Assembly (NCBI GenBank): GCA_963977985.1
Contig: CAXBQH010000004.1
Coordinates: forward strand, 38,686-102,685
DNA: 64,000 bases
Reading direction: 5' to 3'
DNA from: an uncultured bacterium
Lineage (GTDB): Bacteria > Bacteroidota > Bacteroidia > Chitinophagales > Chitinophagaceae
Part shown: positions 1 through 9,849 of the stretch, piece after piece
Position numbering within the stretch: position 1 is the first letter of the stretch
Layout: every line of letters begins with the position of its first letter
Notes under the pieces: generated by a model
Database searches by the model: none
Seen by the model: only the letters and a program-made list of their open reading frames with translations
What the model was told of the DNA's origin: nothing
Position numbers and translations under genes: made by a program

Positions 1-25
1 CATTTAATAAATAAATAAAATATCA

Positions 26-430
26 TTGGAACCTCTTTCTGCCCTAAAAAATCGTAAAAAATCTTCGGTCTTACAACTTACCCGCAGCTCAAAAATTTTC
101 AAAACAATTATACAAGCTATACAAGACAAAAAGGGTACAAATATTTTAAGTTTAGATTTAAAAAAGATTCCAGAGTCTACCAGTGATTTTTTTATTATTT
201 GTGAAGCCAATAATACCACCCAATTAAAAGCCATTGCTGATTTTGTTGAATTGGAAGTCAAAACTAAATGTGGTGAAATTCCTTATAAAAGTGAAGGAAA
301 AAATACAGCTCAATGGTTATTGATAGATTACATAAATATAGTCGTACACGTAATGCATCCTGAAGCAAGACGCTTTTATCAATTGGAAGATATGTGGAGT
401 GATGCAGATACTAAAATGCACGACCTTTAA
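26..430 (+). CDS. rsfS: Ribosome silencing factor RsfS (Iojap family)
   Basis: 134 aa from a TTG start; motifs IQDKKGTNILSLDL, DFFIICEA, WLLIDYINIVVHVM, RRFYQLEDMW. Confidence 0.93.
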   Translation: MEPLSALKNRKKSSVLQLTRSSKIFKTIIQAIQDKKGTNILSLDLKKIPESTSDFFIICEANNTTQLKAIADFVELEVKTKCGEIPYKSEGKNTAQWLLIDYINIVVHVMHPEARRFYQLEDMWSDADTKMHDL

Positions 431-467
431 ACCATTTATTAAAAAATTTGTTTATTAATAGTTACCG

Positions 468-2561
468 ATGATACCAGATAATAATAAGAAAAAAGGATCT
501 CCTTTGAACGATGGACCCAAAATGCCGAAATTTAATATTTATTGGATTTACGGATTAATAGCTATTTCCTTATTGTCTGCTCGTTTTTTTCAAACTGCTC
601 CCGATATTTTAACCACCACAGAACTTGAATTTAAACAAGTAATGTTAAGCGGAGGAGATGTAGAAAAAATTGACTTAATTCAAAATAAAGAATTGGTTCG
701 TGTGTATATCAAACCCGATAGTATTGATAAAGATTTTTATGTTCAAAAATTAAAACGCAAAATTGATAAATCAAAAATTAAAGGGGTGCCTTTATTTGAA
801 TTTAGTGTGACCGACTGGAATAGTTTTAATGAAAGACTTCAAAAATTTTATGAACAAAAAAATATTCAAGAAGTTCCTCAAAATGCAGTGAAGGAAGGAG
901 AGTGGTTTGGTCCTATTGCCAATACCATATTTTCTTTGGTGCTCATTGTTGTAGTTTGGATTTTACTTATGCGTAAGATGGGAGGAGGTTCTGGAAGTGG
1001 CGGTGGTCCTGGTGGCATATTTAATGTAGGAAAATCTAAAGCTACTTTATTTGAAAAAGGCGGCACTAAAGTAAATATAACTTTCGCTGATGTTGCAGGT
1101 TTAGAAGAAGCCAAAGAAGAAGTGATGGAAATTGTGGACTTCTTAAAACAACCCAAAAAATATACAGCCCTTGGAGGTAAAATTCCTAAAGGTGCATTAC
1201 TTGTGGGCCCGCCCGGTACAGGTAAAACTTTATTAGCAAAAGCTATGGCAGGAGAGGCGCAAGTACCTTTCTTTAGTTTAAGTGGATCCGATTTTGTGGA
1301 GATGTTTGTAGGTGTGGGTGCTAGTAGGGTTCGTGATTTATTTAAGCAAGCGCGTGAGAAAGCACCTTGTATAATTTTTATTGATGAGATTGATGCTATT
1401 GGTCGTGCTCGTGGAAAAAATGCGATGATGAGTAATGACGAAAGAGAAAATACTTTGAACCAATTATTGGTGGAGATGGATGGATTTGGTGGTGACACCG
1501 GTATTATTATATTGGCAGCTACCAATCGCCCCGATGTATTAGACTCTGCTTTATTAAGACCAGGTCGTTTCGATCGTCAAATTTCAATTGATCGTCCTGA
1601 TGTAAAAGGACGCGAAGAAATTTTTAAAGTGCATTTAGGTCCATTAAAGGTTTCAGAAAATTTAGATGTTCATAAATTGGCTGAACAAACACCAGGTTTT
1701 GCAGGTGCTGATATAGCTAATGTGTGTAATGAAGCGGCTTTAATTGCAGCTAGAAAAGGAAAGAGCGATGTAGAGATGAAAGATTTTCAAGACGCTATTG
1801 ACAGAGTTATTGGCGGCTTAGAAAAGAAAAATAAAATTATTTCAAAAGAAGAAAAAGAAGTGATTGCTTACCACGAAGCTGGTCACGCTATTTGTGGTTG
1901 GTTCTTAGAACACGCGTATCCTTTATTAAAAGTAACCATTGTTCCTAGAGGTACTGCTGCCTTGGGATATGCGCAGTATACACCCAAAGAGCAATACTTA
2001 TATACCATTGAACAATTAACTGATCAAATGTGTATGACACTTGGAGGTCGCGCGGCTGAACAAATTTTCTTTGGAAAAATATCTACCGGTGCCTCTAATG
2101 ATTTACAACAAATTACTAGAATGGCTTATTCTATGGTGACCACTTATGGAATGAACGATAAAATTGGTAATATAAGTTTCTACGATCCAAGTCAGGAAAA
2201 TGCTTTTCAAAAACCATTTAGTGAAGAGACGGGAAAAATAATTGATGAAGAAGTGCGTAAAATGATTGATGCTGCTTATCGCCGCACATTAGACTTGCTC
2301 ACTTTAAAGAAAGCAGAAGTAGAAAAATTAGCTAAAGAATTATTAGATAAAGAAGTTTTACATAAAAGTGATGTAGAAGCTTTAATTGGTAGAAGGCCTT
2401 ATGAAGAAGAAAAAGTAGTTAGTCTTGAAACAGAAGAAAAGACTGCGGAACAAAAAACTTCAGAAGTATCTGAAACTTCAAAAGATTCCGAAGCATCTGT
2501 AACTTCCGAAACTACAGCAAATTCTTCTTTTGACGCTTCACAAAATTCTACCACTACATAA
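468..2561 (+). CDS. ftsH: ATP-dependent zinc metalloprotease FtsH
   Basis: Two TM segments, Walker A GPPGTGKT, Walker [31 protein letters not shown], zinc motif HEAGH. Confidence 0.98.
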   Translation: MIPDNNKKKGSPLNDGPKMPKFNIYWIYGLIAISLLSARFFQTAPDILTTTELEFKQVMLSGGDVEKIDLIQNKELVRVYIKPDSIDKDFYVQKLKRKIDKSKIKGVPLFEFSVTDWNSFNERLQKFYEQKNIQEVPQNAVKEGEWFGPIANTIFSLVLIVVVWILLMRKMGGGSGSGGGPGGIFNVGKSKATLFEKGGTKVNITFADVAGLEEAKEEVMEIVDFLKQPKKYTALGGKIPKGALLVGPPGTGKTLLAKAMAGEAQVPFFSLSGSDFVEMFVGVGASRVRDLFKQAREKAPCIIFIDEIDAIGRARGKNAMMSNDERENTLNQLLVEMDGFGGDTGIIILAATNRPDVLDSALLRPGRFDRQISIDRPDVKGREEIFKVHLGPLKVSENLDVHKLAEQTPGFAGADIANVCNEAALIAARKGKSDVEMKDFQDAIDRVIGGLEKKNKIISKEEKEVIAYHEAGHAICGWFLEHAYPLLKVTIVPRGTAALGYAQYTPKEQYLYTIEQLTDQMCMTLGGRAAEQIFFGKISTGASNDLQQITRMAYSMVTTYGMNDKIGNISFYDPSQENAFQKPFSEETGKIIDEEVRKMIDAAYRRTLDLLTLKKAEVEKLAKELLDKEVLHKSDVEALIGRRPYEEEKVVSLETEEKTAEQKTSEVSETSKDSEASVTSETTANSSFDASQNSTTT

Positions 2562-2591
2562 AACACTTTCCTAAGCTTAGAAATTATTTTG

Positions 2592-3233
2592 ATGCAATCA
2601 CAAGGAGCGAAAACTAAAATTTTACAAAAAATAAAACAAGCTTTAGAAAAGCCTGTGGCAGTTCCTTTTCCTGATCAAATTGCAGACAAACCCATTTTTA
2701 TTCCTACAGAACAAGAATTAGCTATTGGCTTTGCGCAAAAATTCACAGAATTATTAGGCAAGTTTGTTTATTGTAGCGACGAGGCAGAACTAGCTCAACA
2801 ATTAGGAAAACTTATACATTCCCAAAAATGGGAGAAAATTTATTCAAGGGAAACAGGATGGTTGGATGATATGAAAGAATTTAGTTTTGATCCTGTCACT
2901 ACCGATGATTTAGCTGGTTGCGATGCTGCCATAACTTTATGTGATCATTTAATTGCAAGAACAGGTACTATTGTACTTAGTAGTCAACAATTGAGTGGAA
3001 GAACTTCAAGTGTGTACGCACCTATTCATATTTGTATTGCTTATACGCATCAATTAGTTTTTGATCTGAGTGATAGTTTAGCCTCATTTAAAGCAGAATC
3101 AGATATGTTACCCTCTATGATTAGTTTTGCCACAGGTCCTAGTCGAACAGCCGATATCGAAAAAACTTTGGTGGTGGGGGTACACGGGCCCAAAGAAGTG
3201 TACTGTTTTTTAGTAGATAAGTTATTAGATTAG
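2592..3233 (+). CDS. LUD-domain protein (LutC/YkgG family)
   Basis: C-terminal FATGPSRTADIEKTLVVGVHGPKEV signature; ATG at 2592 (ORF track uses TTG at 2589). Confidence 0.88.
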   Translation: MQSQGAKTKILQKIKQALEKPVAVPFPDQIADKPIFIPTEQELAIGFAQKFTELLGKFVYCSDEAELAQQLGKLIHSQKWEKIYSRETGWLDDMKEFSFDPVTTDDLAGCDAAITLCDHLIARTGTIVLSSQQLSGRTSSVYAPIHICIAYTHQLVFDLSDSLASFKAESDMLPSMISFATGPSRTADIEKTLVVGVHGPKEVYCFLVDKLLD

Positions 3234-3276
3234 TAACTTTATTACAGCAACCTTCATCATTTAAATTATTTACTAC

Positions 3277-4056
3277 ATGCAATGGGTGCCAGGTAAAAAA
3301 ATTTATTTTCTATCAGATTTTCATTTAGGGGCCCCTAATGAAGAGCAAAGTCTTTTACGCGAAAAGAGAATTGTGCGTTTTTTACAAAATGCTAAAAAAG
3401 ACGCCGCTGCAATATTCATTGTAGGAGATATCTTCGATTTTTGGTTTGAATATGCTACTGTGGTTCCCAAAGGTTTTGTAAGACTTTTAGGATGTTTGGC
3501 CGATTTGTCTGATGCTCATATAGAGCTTCATATTTTTACAGGCAATCACGATTTATGGATGAAAAATTATTTCACCACTGAATTCAATGCCAAGGTTTAT
3601 TTCGAACCTCAAGTTTTTAATTTTGCACAGAAAAAGTTTTTTATAGGACACGGAGATGGATTAGGTCCGGGAGATAATGGCTATAAATTTTTAAAGAAAA
3701 TATTTACCAATCCTATATGCCAATGGCTGTTTGGATGGTTGCATCCAGATATGGGTATACCCATAGCGAATTACTTTAGTAGTAAAAGTAGGGCAAAGAC
3801 AGGCACTTCTGATGAAGTATTTATGGGAGAGGACAAAGAATGGTTAATAATATATTCAAAACAAAAAGTAAAAGAAATACCAGCAGATTATTTTATTTTT
3901 GGTCATAGACATTATCCATTAGATATTGCTATTAATGAAACGAGTCGATATATCAATTTAGGGGATTGGTTAAGAAGCAATACCTATGGTGTTTTTGATG
4001 GAAATACGATGCAATTAGTTGCTTGGAAAGAAGAGTCACCCATTAATAATGTATGA
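3277..4056 (+). CDS. lpxH: UDP-2,3-diacylglucosamine diphosphatase (LpxH-like metallophosphoesterase)
   Basis: Motifs SDFHLG, GDIFD, GNHD, HGDG, GHRH, INLGDW. Confidence 0.88.
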   Translation: MQWVPGKKIYFLSDFHLGAPNEEQSLLREKRIVRFLQNAKKDAAAIFIVGDIFDFWFEYATVVPKGFVRLLGCLADLSDAHIELHIFTGNHDLWMKNYFTTEFNAKVYFEPQVFNFAQKKFFIGHGDGLGPGDNGYKFLKKIFTNPICQWLFGWLHPDMGIPIANYFSSKSRAKTGTSDEVFMGEDKEWLIIYSKQKVKEIPADYFIFGHRHYPLDIAINETSRYINLGDWLRSNTYGVFDGNTMQLVAWKEESPINNV

Positions 4057-5117
4057 TGAATTTAGATGAACAATATTTAAATAATTCCTTACGCAGCTAT
4101 ATTATTATTGCTACCATATTTATAGTGTCATTGGTAGTGAAAAGGTTTATTTCTCGTTTTATTGCAAGCATCATTTATACTTGGATTGATAAAAAGAATC
4201 ATTCTGATTTAAGAAAAAGCCACGTTCACCGTCTGGTCATTCCTATTGAACAATTTTTAATTTATTTGGTAGCGGTAATAGCCCTCTATGAATTACATTT
4301 TCCTGCAGAGTGGAATATACATTTATACAAATTAACGCTTCAAGTGGTGGTTGAAGCGGTGGTGAAATTATTTTTTATTATTTTATTTATTCGTGTTTGT
4401 TTAAGAACACTCGAGTTTGTAGCAATAGTTTTAGAAGAAAAAGCCAAACTCACCAAAGATCAATCTGATGATCAGTTGGTATTATTTTTCAGAGATTTCT
4501 TTAAAGTAATTTTATACATCATTGGTTTTTTATTAATTCTACATTATGTATTTAATGAAAATATTGGCAATTTAGTTACCAGCTTAAGCATTGTGGGTGC
4601 CGCCGTGGCATTGTCTATGAGAGAGAGCTTGGAAAATATTATTGCTTCATTTATTATTTTCTTTGATAAGCCTTTTACCATTGGTGATTTAGTGAAAGTA
4701 AATAATTTTACAGGCACCATAGAAAAAATTGGTCTTAGAAGTACCCGCATTCGTACCCAAGATAAAACCTATATATCTGTGCCCAATAAGCAAATGGTAG
4801 ATACCATTGTAGATAATATAAGTTTAAGAACAGACCGAAAAATTGAATTAGACTTACAATTACACGTAACTACTTCTGCACAAGAATTGGCAGCTTTTAG
4901 TCAATATTTGAGAACCCAGTGCTCAGCGCTAGCTTCCGTTTCTAATGTAATGGTGTATGTTTCAGAGGCTGGAAAACAATTTCACATCTTACATATGGAA
5001 TGCTTGGTGAGTATGCAATTAAGCTTGCAAGAATTTTTAGCGTTGAAAGAAAAAATAAATGTGATGGCCATTAGCTATGCTAATGAAAATAAAATTTTAT
5101 TTGCCACTCAGGCTTAA
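4053..5117 (+). CDS. Small-conductance mechanosensitive channel (MscS family)
   Basis: Several TM helices followed by DKPFTIGDLVKV...GTIEKIGLRSTRIRT...VPN. Confidence 0.92.
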   Translation: MMNLDEQYLNNSLRSYIIIATIFIVSLVVKRFISRFIASIIYTWIDKKNHSDLRKSHVHRLVIPIEQFLIYLVAVIALYELHFPAEWNIHLYKLTLQVVVEAVVKLFFIILFIRVCLRTLEFVAIVLEEKAKLTKDQSDDQLVLFFRDFFKVILYIIGFLLILHYVFNENIGNLVTSLSIVGAAVALSMRESLENIIASFIIFFDKPFTIGDLVKVNNFTGTIEKIGLRSTRIRTQDKTYISVPNKQMVDTIVDNISLRTDRKIELDLQLHVTTSAQELAAFSQYLRTQCSALASVSNVMVYVSEAGKQFHILHMECLVSMQLSLQEFLALKEKINVMAISYANENKILFATQA

Positions 5118-5168
5118 ACTAATTTTATTAGTAGTGGTGCAAAGGACTATTACAACTATTGAAACTAT

Positions 5169-5750
5169 TTAAAGAGTTTCTTTAAGAGATACTAAGAATT
5201 GCTTTATATTTTTTAAACTATTTAATAAAGCACTATTTTTTTCAGCTTTTTCTTTATTATTTTTTAAGTAGGTTTTAGCACCTTCAATAGAATACTTTTT
5301 TTCGCGTAGTAAATAATAAAGTTGTCGCAAAAATTCAATGTCCTGGGCTCTAAATAATCGATCTCCTTTTCTGGTTTTTCTGGGTTGTAATTGCTTAAAT
5401 TCTTTTTCCCAATATCTAATTAAAGAAGCATTTACATTAAACCAAGTAGCTACTTCACCAATGGGGTAGTATAATTTTTTAACCAATTCTTCTGAAGAAG
5501 GAATATTTAAAGTATGTATTTCTTCATCCATAGAGGCAAATGATTTTCTTCCTCTTTTACTTACAGAAGCCGTTGTTGAAAATGACATAGGGGTTCTTGA
5601 AACAGTAGGTAATATTTCTTCGTTCAAACTACTAGTTTCTATTTTTTCTACATTAGTTAATACCTCAAATGTGGGAGTATTTTCAGTAGTGGAAGACTTT
5701 ATTTTAGCTTCTAGCCCAAATAAGTCAAGTTGATGCAAGCTTTTTGCCAT
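5169..5750 (-). CDS. MerR-family HTH protein with ~90-aa N-terminal low-complexity extension
   Basis: YYPIGEVATWFNVNASLIRYWEKEF...PRKTRKGDRLF...YSIEGAK is a MerR HTH; no effector domain. Confidence 0.85.
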   Translation of the reverse strand: MAKSLHQLDLFGLEAKIKSSTTENTPTFEVLTNVEKIETSSLNEEILPTVSRTPMSFSTTASVSKRGRKSFASMDEEIHTLNIPSSEELVKKLYYPIGEVATWFNVNASLIRYWEKEFKQLQPRKTRKGDRLFRAQDIEFLRQLYYLLREKKYSIEGAKTYLKNNKEKAEKNSALLNSLKNIKQFLVSLKETL

Positions 5751-5824
5751 AGAACAAAGTTAGGGGACAATGAATAGCAACTAAGCTGGGTAAATGATTG
5801 GTGGATAAATTGTTAAGTATGACC

Positions 5825-5832
5825 TATTTTTG
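5825..5832 (+). promoter_or_regulatory. Bacteroidota -7 promoter element TAnnTTTG (TATTTTTG)
   Basis: Exact consensus in the divergent intergenic region, 3 nt before ATG 5836. Confidence 0.45.
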
Positions 5833-5835
5833 CGA

Positions 5836-6894
5836 ATGCATTTGTTTATACTTAATAGTTCTCAATTTGATGTACCACAGCTTATCCTTAACCAAAAGGT
5901 ATTGGATATCATTGAACTAGGACAAAGTATTCCAGGCATTCATATATATGTAGTGGGCAGTCCCCTCCAAAGTGCAAAAAGAGTTACGATTCAGTATAAA
6001 ACTGCACTAGAGGCAAAAAAATTAATGGGGGAACTTTCACAGCCTATTATTTTTCATTTTGGAGCAACACTTAATGTTGATGCCTCTATTGCACAATATT
6101 TTATTCCTTTAAGCCCTGCTACTAGTTCTTCGCCTATTTCTTTTTTCAAAAAATGGGCACTGCAAAATGCGTATAAAAAATTTATTCAAAAATCAAAGGC
6201 CACTTATGCTATCAACGATTGGGCTTCTGATTTTTTAGTAAAATATTATAAAAAATATAATACTAAAATTAAAACTGCCTATTTACCTACTTCAACTGTC
6301 GCCCATATTGATTGGGTGGAGTTAGCTGCTGCCAAAAATAAATTAACAGAAGGCGCTCATTATTTTTTGGCTTTTCAGCCTTTAGAAAATTTTGTGGATA
6401 TGCTTAAGGAGTTTTCTGTTTTTAAAAAATGGCAACAAACCAATATGGCCCTTGTTTTTATTTTTGAAAATGAATTAGCGGTTTGGCAAGCCAATAAATT
6501 AATATCAGGCTACACTTTTAAAGATTCTGTAATTATTAAGAGTATTAAAGATTTAGAGATGAGTTGGATAGCAGCCACTTATGCTATCACCTTCAATGGC
6601 ACTTATTTTGATAAAGCTATATTAATGGAAATAGCGATTCAATATAATATTCCTTTACTCATTAATACCCCTATGGGTCAACAGCAGCCTATAGTTTCAG
6701 CTTGGACGGGGGCAGGTGAGTGGTTTTCTTTTGCACAAAAAGGAGCATTGTCTAATCATTTTAAACTTTATTATAAAGATGAGCAGTACCGACAAACAAG
6801 GGCACAACAAGCGAAAGAATGGTTACATCATTTATATGCTCAAACAAAGCAATTGGCCAGTGTCTTAGTACCCCTCTCGCATAAGAGCGCATAA
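5836..6894 (+). CDS. Divergent GT-B (GT4-like) glycosyltransferase-like protein
   Basis: Overall layout resembles Bacteroidota GT4 proteins (LLKAFSxFKK-like LKEFSVFKKWQQTNMALV; ...MEIAIQYNIPLL), but the motifs are degenerate; start uncertain. Confidence 0.55.
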   Translation: MHLFILNSSQFDVPQLILNQKVLDIIELGQSIPGIHIYVVGSPLQSAKRVTIQYKTALEAKKLMGELSQPIIFHFGATLNVDASIAQYFIPLSPATSSSPISFFKKWALQNAYKKFIQKSKATYAINDWASDFLVKYYKKYNTKIKTAYLPTSTVAHIDWVELAAAKNKLTEGAHYFLAFQPLENFVDMLKEFSVFKKWQQTNMALVFIFENELAVWQANKLISGYTFKDSVIIKSIKDLEMSWIAATYAITFNGTYFDKAILMEIAIQYNIPLLINTPMGQQQPIVSAWTGAGEWFSFAQKGALSNHFKLYYKDEQYRQTRAQQAKEWLHHLYAQTKQLASVLVPLSHKSA

Positions 6895-6915
6895 GTTTCT
6901 TATGTAATTAATTTG

Positions 6916-6923
6916 TACTTTTG
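6916..6923 (+). promoter_or_regulatory. -7 promoter element TACTTTTG upstream of gldC
   Basis: Exact TAnnTTTG, 17 nt before ATG 6941. Confidence 0.55.
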
Positions 6924-6940
6924 TTGTTCAAATTTTTAAT

Positions 6941-7288
6941 ATGCATCAGTCAAGTATTCAAGTTCAAATAGGATTAGACGAACAGAAAATTCCTCAAAAT
7001 ATTCAATGGTCAGCAACAGATAGCACCGCTACAGAAGCACAAAATGCGCGCGCTATGATGCTTACTTTTTGGGATCCTACCGATAAAACTGCTTTGCGCA
7101 TAGACTTATGGACCAAAGAAATGATGGTAGATGAAATGGCTGATTTTTTTTACCAAAATTTAATGGGAATGAGTGATACCTATTTGAGGGCTACGCAAGA
7201 TGAAGCTTTATCCAATGAATTTAAGGAATTTGCCAAAACTTTTTATACAAAATTTAGAGCCAGTCAACTTTCAGAAAATAATAAATAA
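6941..7288 (+). CDS. gldC: Gliding motility protein GldC
   Basis: IQIGLDEQKIPQNIQWSATD...LRIDLWTKEMMVDEM..FFYQ; typical size (115 aa). Confidence 0.9.
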   Translation: MHQSSIQVQIGLDEQKIPQNIQWSATDSTATEAQNARAMMLTFWDPTDKTALRIDLWTKEMMVDEMADFFYQNLMGMSDTYLRATQDEALSNEFKEFAKTFYTKFRASQLSENNK

Positions 7289-7295
7289 TACAATT

Positions 7296-7748
7296 ATGTC
7301 TTTAGAAAATGAAGTAATGTCTTTAATGAAAGACGCAATGAAAAACAAAGATGAAGCTTTGTTAAGAGGATTAAGAGCTATTAAAGCAGAAATTATAAAA
7401 GCAAAAACTGAGCCAGGGGCCAATGGTACTATTACAGCTGAAACTGAATTAAAACTTTTGCAGAAATTAGTGAAACAAAGAAAAGATTCTTTAGCCATTT
7501 TTGAACAACAAAATAGACCAGATTTAGCCGCAAAAGAATCGGAAGAGATTGCAGTGATAGAAAAATTTTTACCTGCTTCCTTAAGTGAAGAAGAAGTAAA
7601 AGCAGCAGTGCAAGCAATCATTACACAATTGGGAGCTTCAGGCCCACAAGATTTAGGTAAAGTAATGGGAATGGCTACTAAACAATTAGCGGGTCAAACA
7701 GACGGTAAAGTGATTGCTGCCATTGCTAAAACTTTATTAAGTGCTTAG
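7296..7748 (+). CDS. GatB/YqeY domain protein
   Basis: MKDAMKNKD...LRAIKAEI...KQRKDS...DLAAKE..EI...LGKVMG; true start ATG 7296, because the track start at 7200 lies inside gldC. Confidence 0.92.
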   Translation: MSLENEVMSLMKDAMKNKDEALLRGLRAIKAEIIKAKTEPGANGTITAETELKLLQKLVKQRKDSLAIFEQQNRPDLAAKESEEIAVIEKFLPASLSEEEVKAAVQAIITQLGASGPQDLGKVMGMATKQLAGQTDGKVIAAIAKTLLSA

Positions 7749-7751
7749 TGT

Positions 7752-8267
7752 ATGTGGTTAGATATACTCACGGGCACCCTATTTATAATTGCAGTTTTGC
7801 AAGGCTATAGAAGTGGATTTATAAAAGCAGTCATTTCATTTTTTTCTTTAATGATAGGCTTGCTATTGGCTTTTCAATTTGCAGGTTGGGTATCAAGTAT
7901 TTTAAAAGAACATACTAAGATAGCTTCTCACTGGTTACCTTTTATTTCCTTTTTAATGATTGTAGTGGGCGTACTTATTTTATTAAAATTTATTTCAGGT
8001 CTTTTACAACAAACCGCTGAATGGTTATTACTAGGTTGGTTGAATAAATTAATGGGCCTTCTTTTATATGGTTTTATATATTTTACAATATTAAGCGCCA
8101 TCGTTTATTTTTTACAAATACTAGGTGTTGTACAAGCGGCTGAAATGAAAGAGTCTTATAGCTATTCCTATCTTCAACAATGGTGGCCATATTGTTTAGA
8201 AAAAGCATCTCTATGGATGCCCTCTATAAAATCAACTATGGCTAGTTTTTCCACTCCTTTTAAATAG
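7752..8267 (+). CDS. CvpA (colicin V production) family membrane protein
   Basis: MWLDIL...QGYRSGFIKAV, four TM helices, LNKLMGLLL. Confidence 0.85.
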   Translation: MWLDILTGTLFIIAVLQGYRSGFIKAVISFFSLMIGLLLAFQFAGWVSSILKEHTKIASHWLPFISFLMIVVGVLILLKFISGLLQQTAEWLLLGWLNKLMGLLLYGFIYFTILSAIVYFLQILGVVQAAEMKESYSYSYLQQWWPYCLEKASLWMPSIKSTMASFSTPFK

Positions 8268-8420
8268 TCCCTTTTCTATTAAAATAGATTGATTCTTAAT
8301 AGGTTAACAAATTGTTATTTATTCAAGTACTATATTTTTAGGATCTCTTTGCTTTACTAGTTTTTACTATGAATTAACTACCTTTAACACATCAGTACAT
8401 CGTCAAAAGATTTATCATTT

Positions 8421-9182
8421 ATGGAGTATCAAATTATTAAGGAGGGGAAGTTTGAATATGTAGAAGTGGGAGAAGGGGAAACCTTAATGCTTTGTCACGG
8501 ACTTTTTGGGGCCCTCAGTAATTTTTCAGACTTAATAGAAAAATTCAGACATAACTATAAAGTAGTGGTGCCCATTTTACCTTTATTTGATTTAGACATT
8601 TTACATACTTCGGTATCGGGTTTACAAAAACATATTGCTGCTTTTATTGAACATAAAAATTACACTAACATTCATTTATTGGGTAATTCTTTAGGAGGCC
8701 ACGTAGCGCTGGTTTATATTTTAAAGCATCCAGAAAAAATAAAATCTCTCATTCTTACAGGAAGTAGCGGTTTATTTGAAAATGCTATGGGCGATAGTTA
8801 TCCTAAAAGAGGCGATTATGAATATATCAAAAATAAAACAGCACAAACTTTTTATGATCCTGCCATTGCTACACCAGCTTTAGTGGATGAGGTTTTTGAA
8901 ATTACCCGCAATAGATTGAAAGTAATTAAAATAATTGCTTTAGCTAAAAGTGCTATTCGTAATAACTTAGGAGAAGAGTTGAATCAAATTCAACAACCCA
9001 CTTTATTAATTTGGGGTAAAAATGATATAGTTACTCCCCCTTTTGTAGCTGAAGAATTTAAAAAATTAATTCCTAATAGTCAATTACATTTTATAGATAA
9101 ATGTGGCCACGCTCCTATGATGGAAGTGCCTACTGAGTTTAATACCATTTTAGAAAACTTTTTAGCTTCTCTACCAAAATAA
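8421..9182 (+). CDS. Alpha/beta-fold hydrolase
   Basis: HGLFG oxyanion motif, GNSLGG nucleophile elbow, WGKNDIVTP, CGHAPMME. Confidence 0.92.
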   Translation: MEYQIIKEGKFEYVEVGEGETLMLCHGLFGALSNFSDLIEKFRHNYKVVVPILPLFDLDILHTSVSGLQKHIAAFIEHKNYTNIHLLGNSLGGHVALVYILKHPEKIKSLILTGSSGLFENAMGDSYPKRGDYEYIKNKTAQTFYDPAIATPALVDEVFEITRNRLKVIKIIALAKSAIRNNLGEELNQIQQPTLLIWGKNDIVTPPFVAEEFKKLIPNSQLHFIDKCGHAPMMEVPTEFNTILENFLASLPK

Positions 9183-9189
9183 CTATCTA

Positions 9190-9849
9190 ATGCTTACACA
9201 TCAACTAGCTATCAAAGGTTTCCCTATGCTTCGTTTAGAAGATACTGCCTCATTTGTTTTACAGTGTATGGAAGATTATGAAGTACAACATTTACCTATT
9301 GTAAAAGATGATTATTTTATGGGCCTAGTTTCTAAAGAGTGGGTATTAGATATGGCCTTAGACCAGACAATGGCTCAAAGAGCAGATGAAATACTCCCTA
9401 TTGCAGTGAATGGAAAAGAACATTTCACTAAAGCTTTAGAATTGTTTTCTAAACACGAACTTTCTTTACTGCCTGTGTTAAATGACCAAAAAGAGTGTAT
9501 AGGTGTGATTACTCAGAAAATATTAAATGAAAACACTACTCGATTTATAGGGGCTGCACAAAATGGAGCCATTTTGGTACTTTCCATTTCACCTTATCAA
9601 TATTCTTTAGCAGAAATGAGCCGCTTGGTAGAAACTAATAATGCTCAAATATTACAATTAAATAGTTTATTTGATGAAACCACAGGGGCAATGATTATTA
9701 CGCTAAGAATTAATCAAGAAGAAGCTTCAGCTATTATTGCAACTTTTGAGCGTTATGATTATCAAGTGCTTCATTATTTTGGCAAATCGCCTATGCACAA
9801 TGATATAGAAAGTCATTACCATCATTTAATGAACTATTTAGATGTGTAA
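9190..9849 (+). CDS. CBS-pair protein with C-terminal ACT-like domain (AcuB-like)
   Basis: Two CBS repeats (HLPIV..GLVS; LLPVL...GVIT) followed by ILVLSI...YSLAEMSRLVETNNAQIL...ITLRIN. Confidence 0.8.
   Translation: MLTHQLAIKGFPMLRLEDTASFVLQCMEDYEVQHLPIVKDDYFMGLVSKEWVLDMALDQTMAQRADEILPIAVNGKEHFTKALELFSKHELSLLPVLNDQKECIGVITQKILNENTTRFIGAAQNGAILVLSISPYQYSLAEMSRLVETNNAQILQLNSLFDETTGAMIITLRINQEEASAIIATFERYDYQVLHYFGKSPMHNDIESHYHHLMNYLDV

Noticed and set aside
4-261. Minus-strand 85-aa ORF
   Set aside because: Antisense shadow of rsfS with no recognisable motif
878-1525. 215-aa minus-strand ORF inside ftsH
   Set aside because: Antisense shadow of a highly conserved gene; the same applies to the other nested ORFs in the track (e.g. 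7271, 19051, 26691, 46486, 61517)
7200-7295. Extended N-terminus of the YqeY ORF
   Set aside because: Overlaps gldC; family homology begins at ATG 7296
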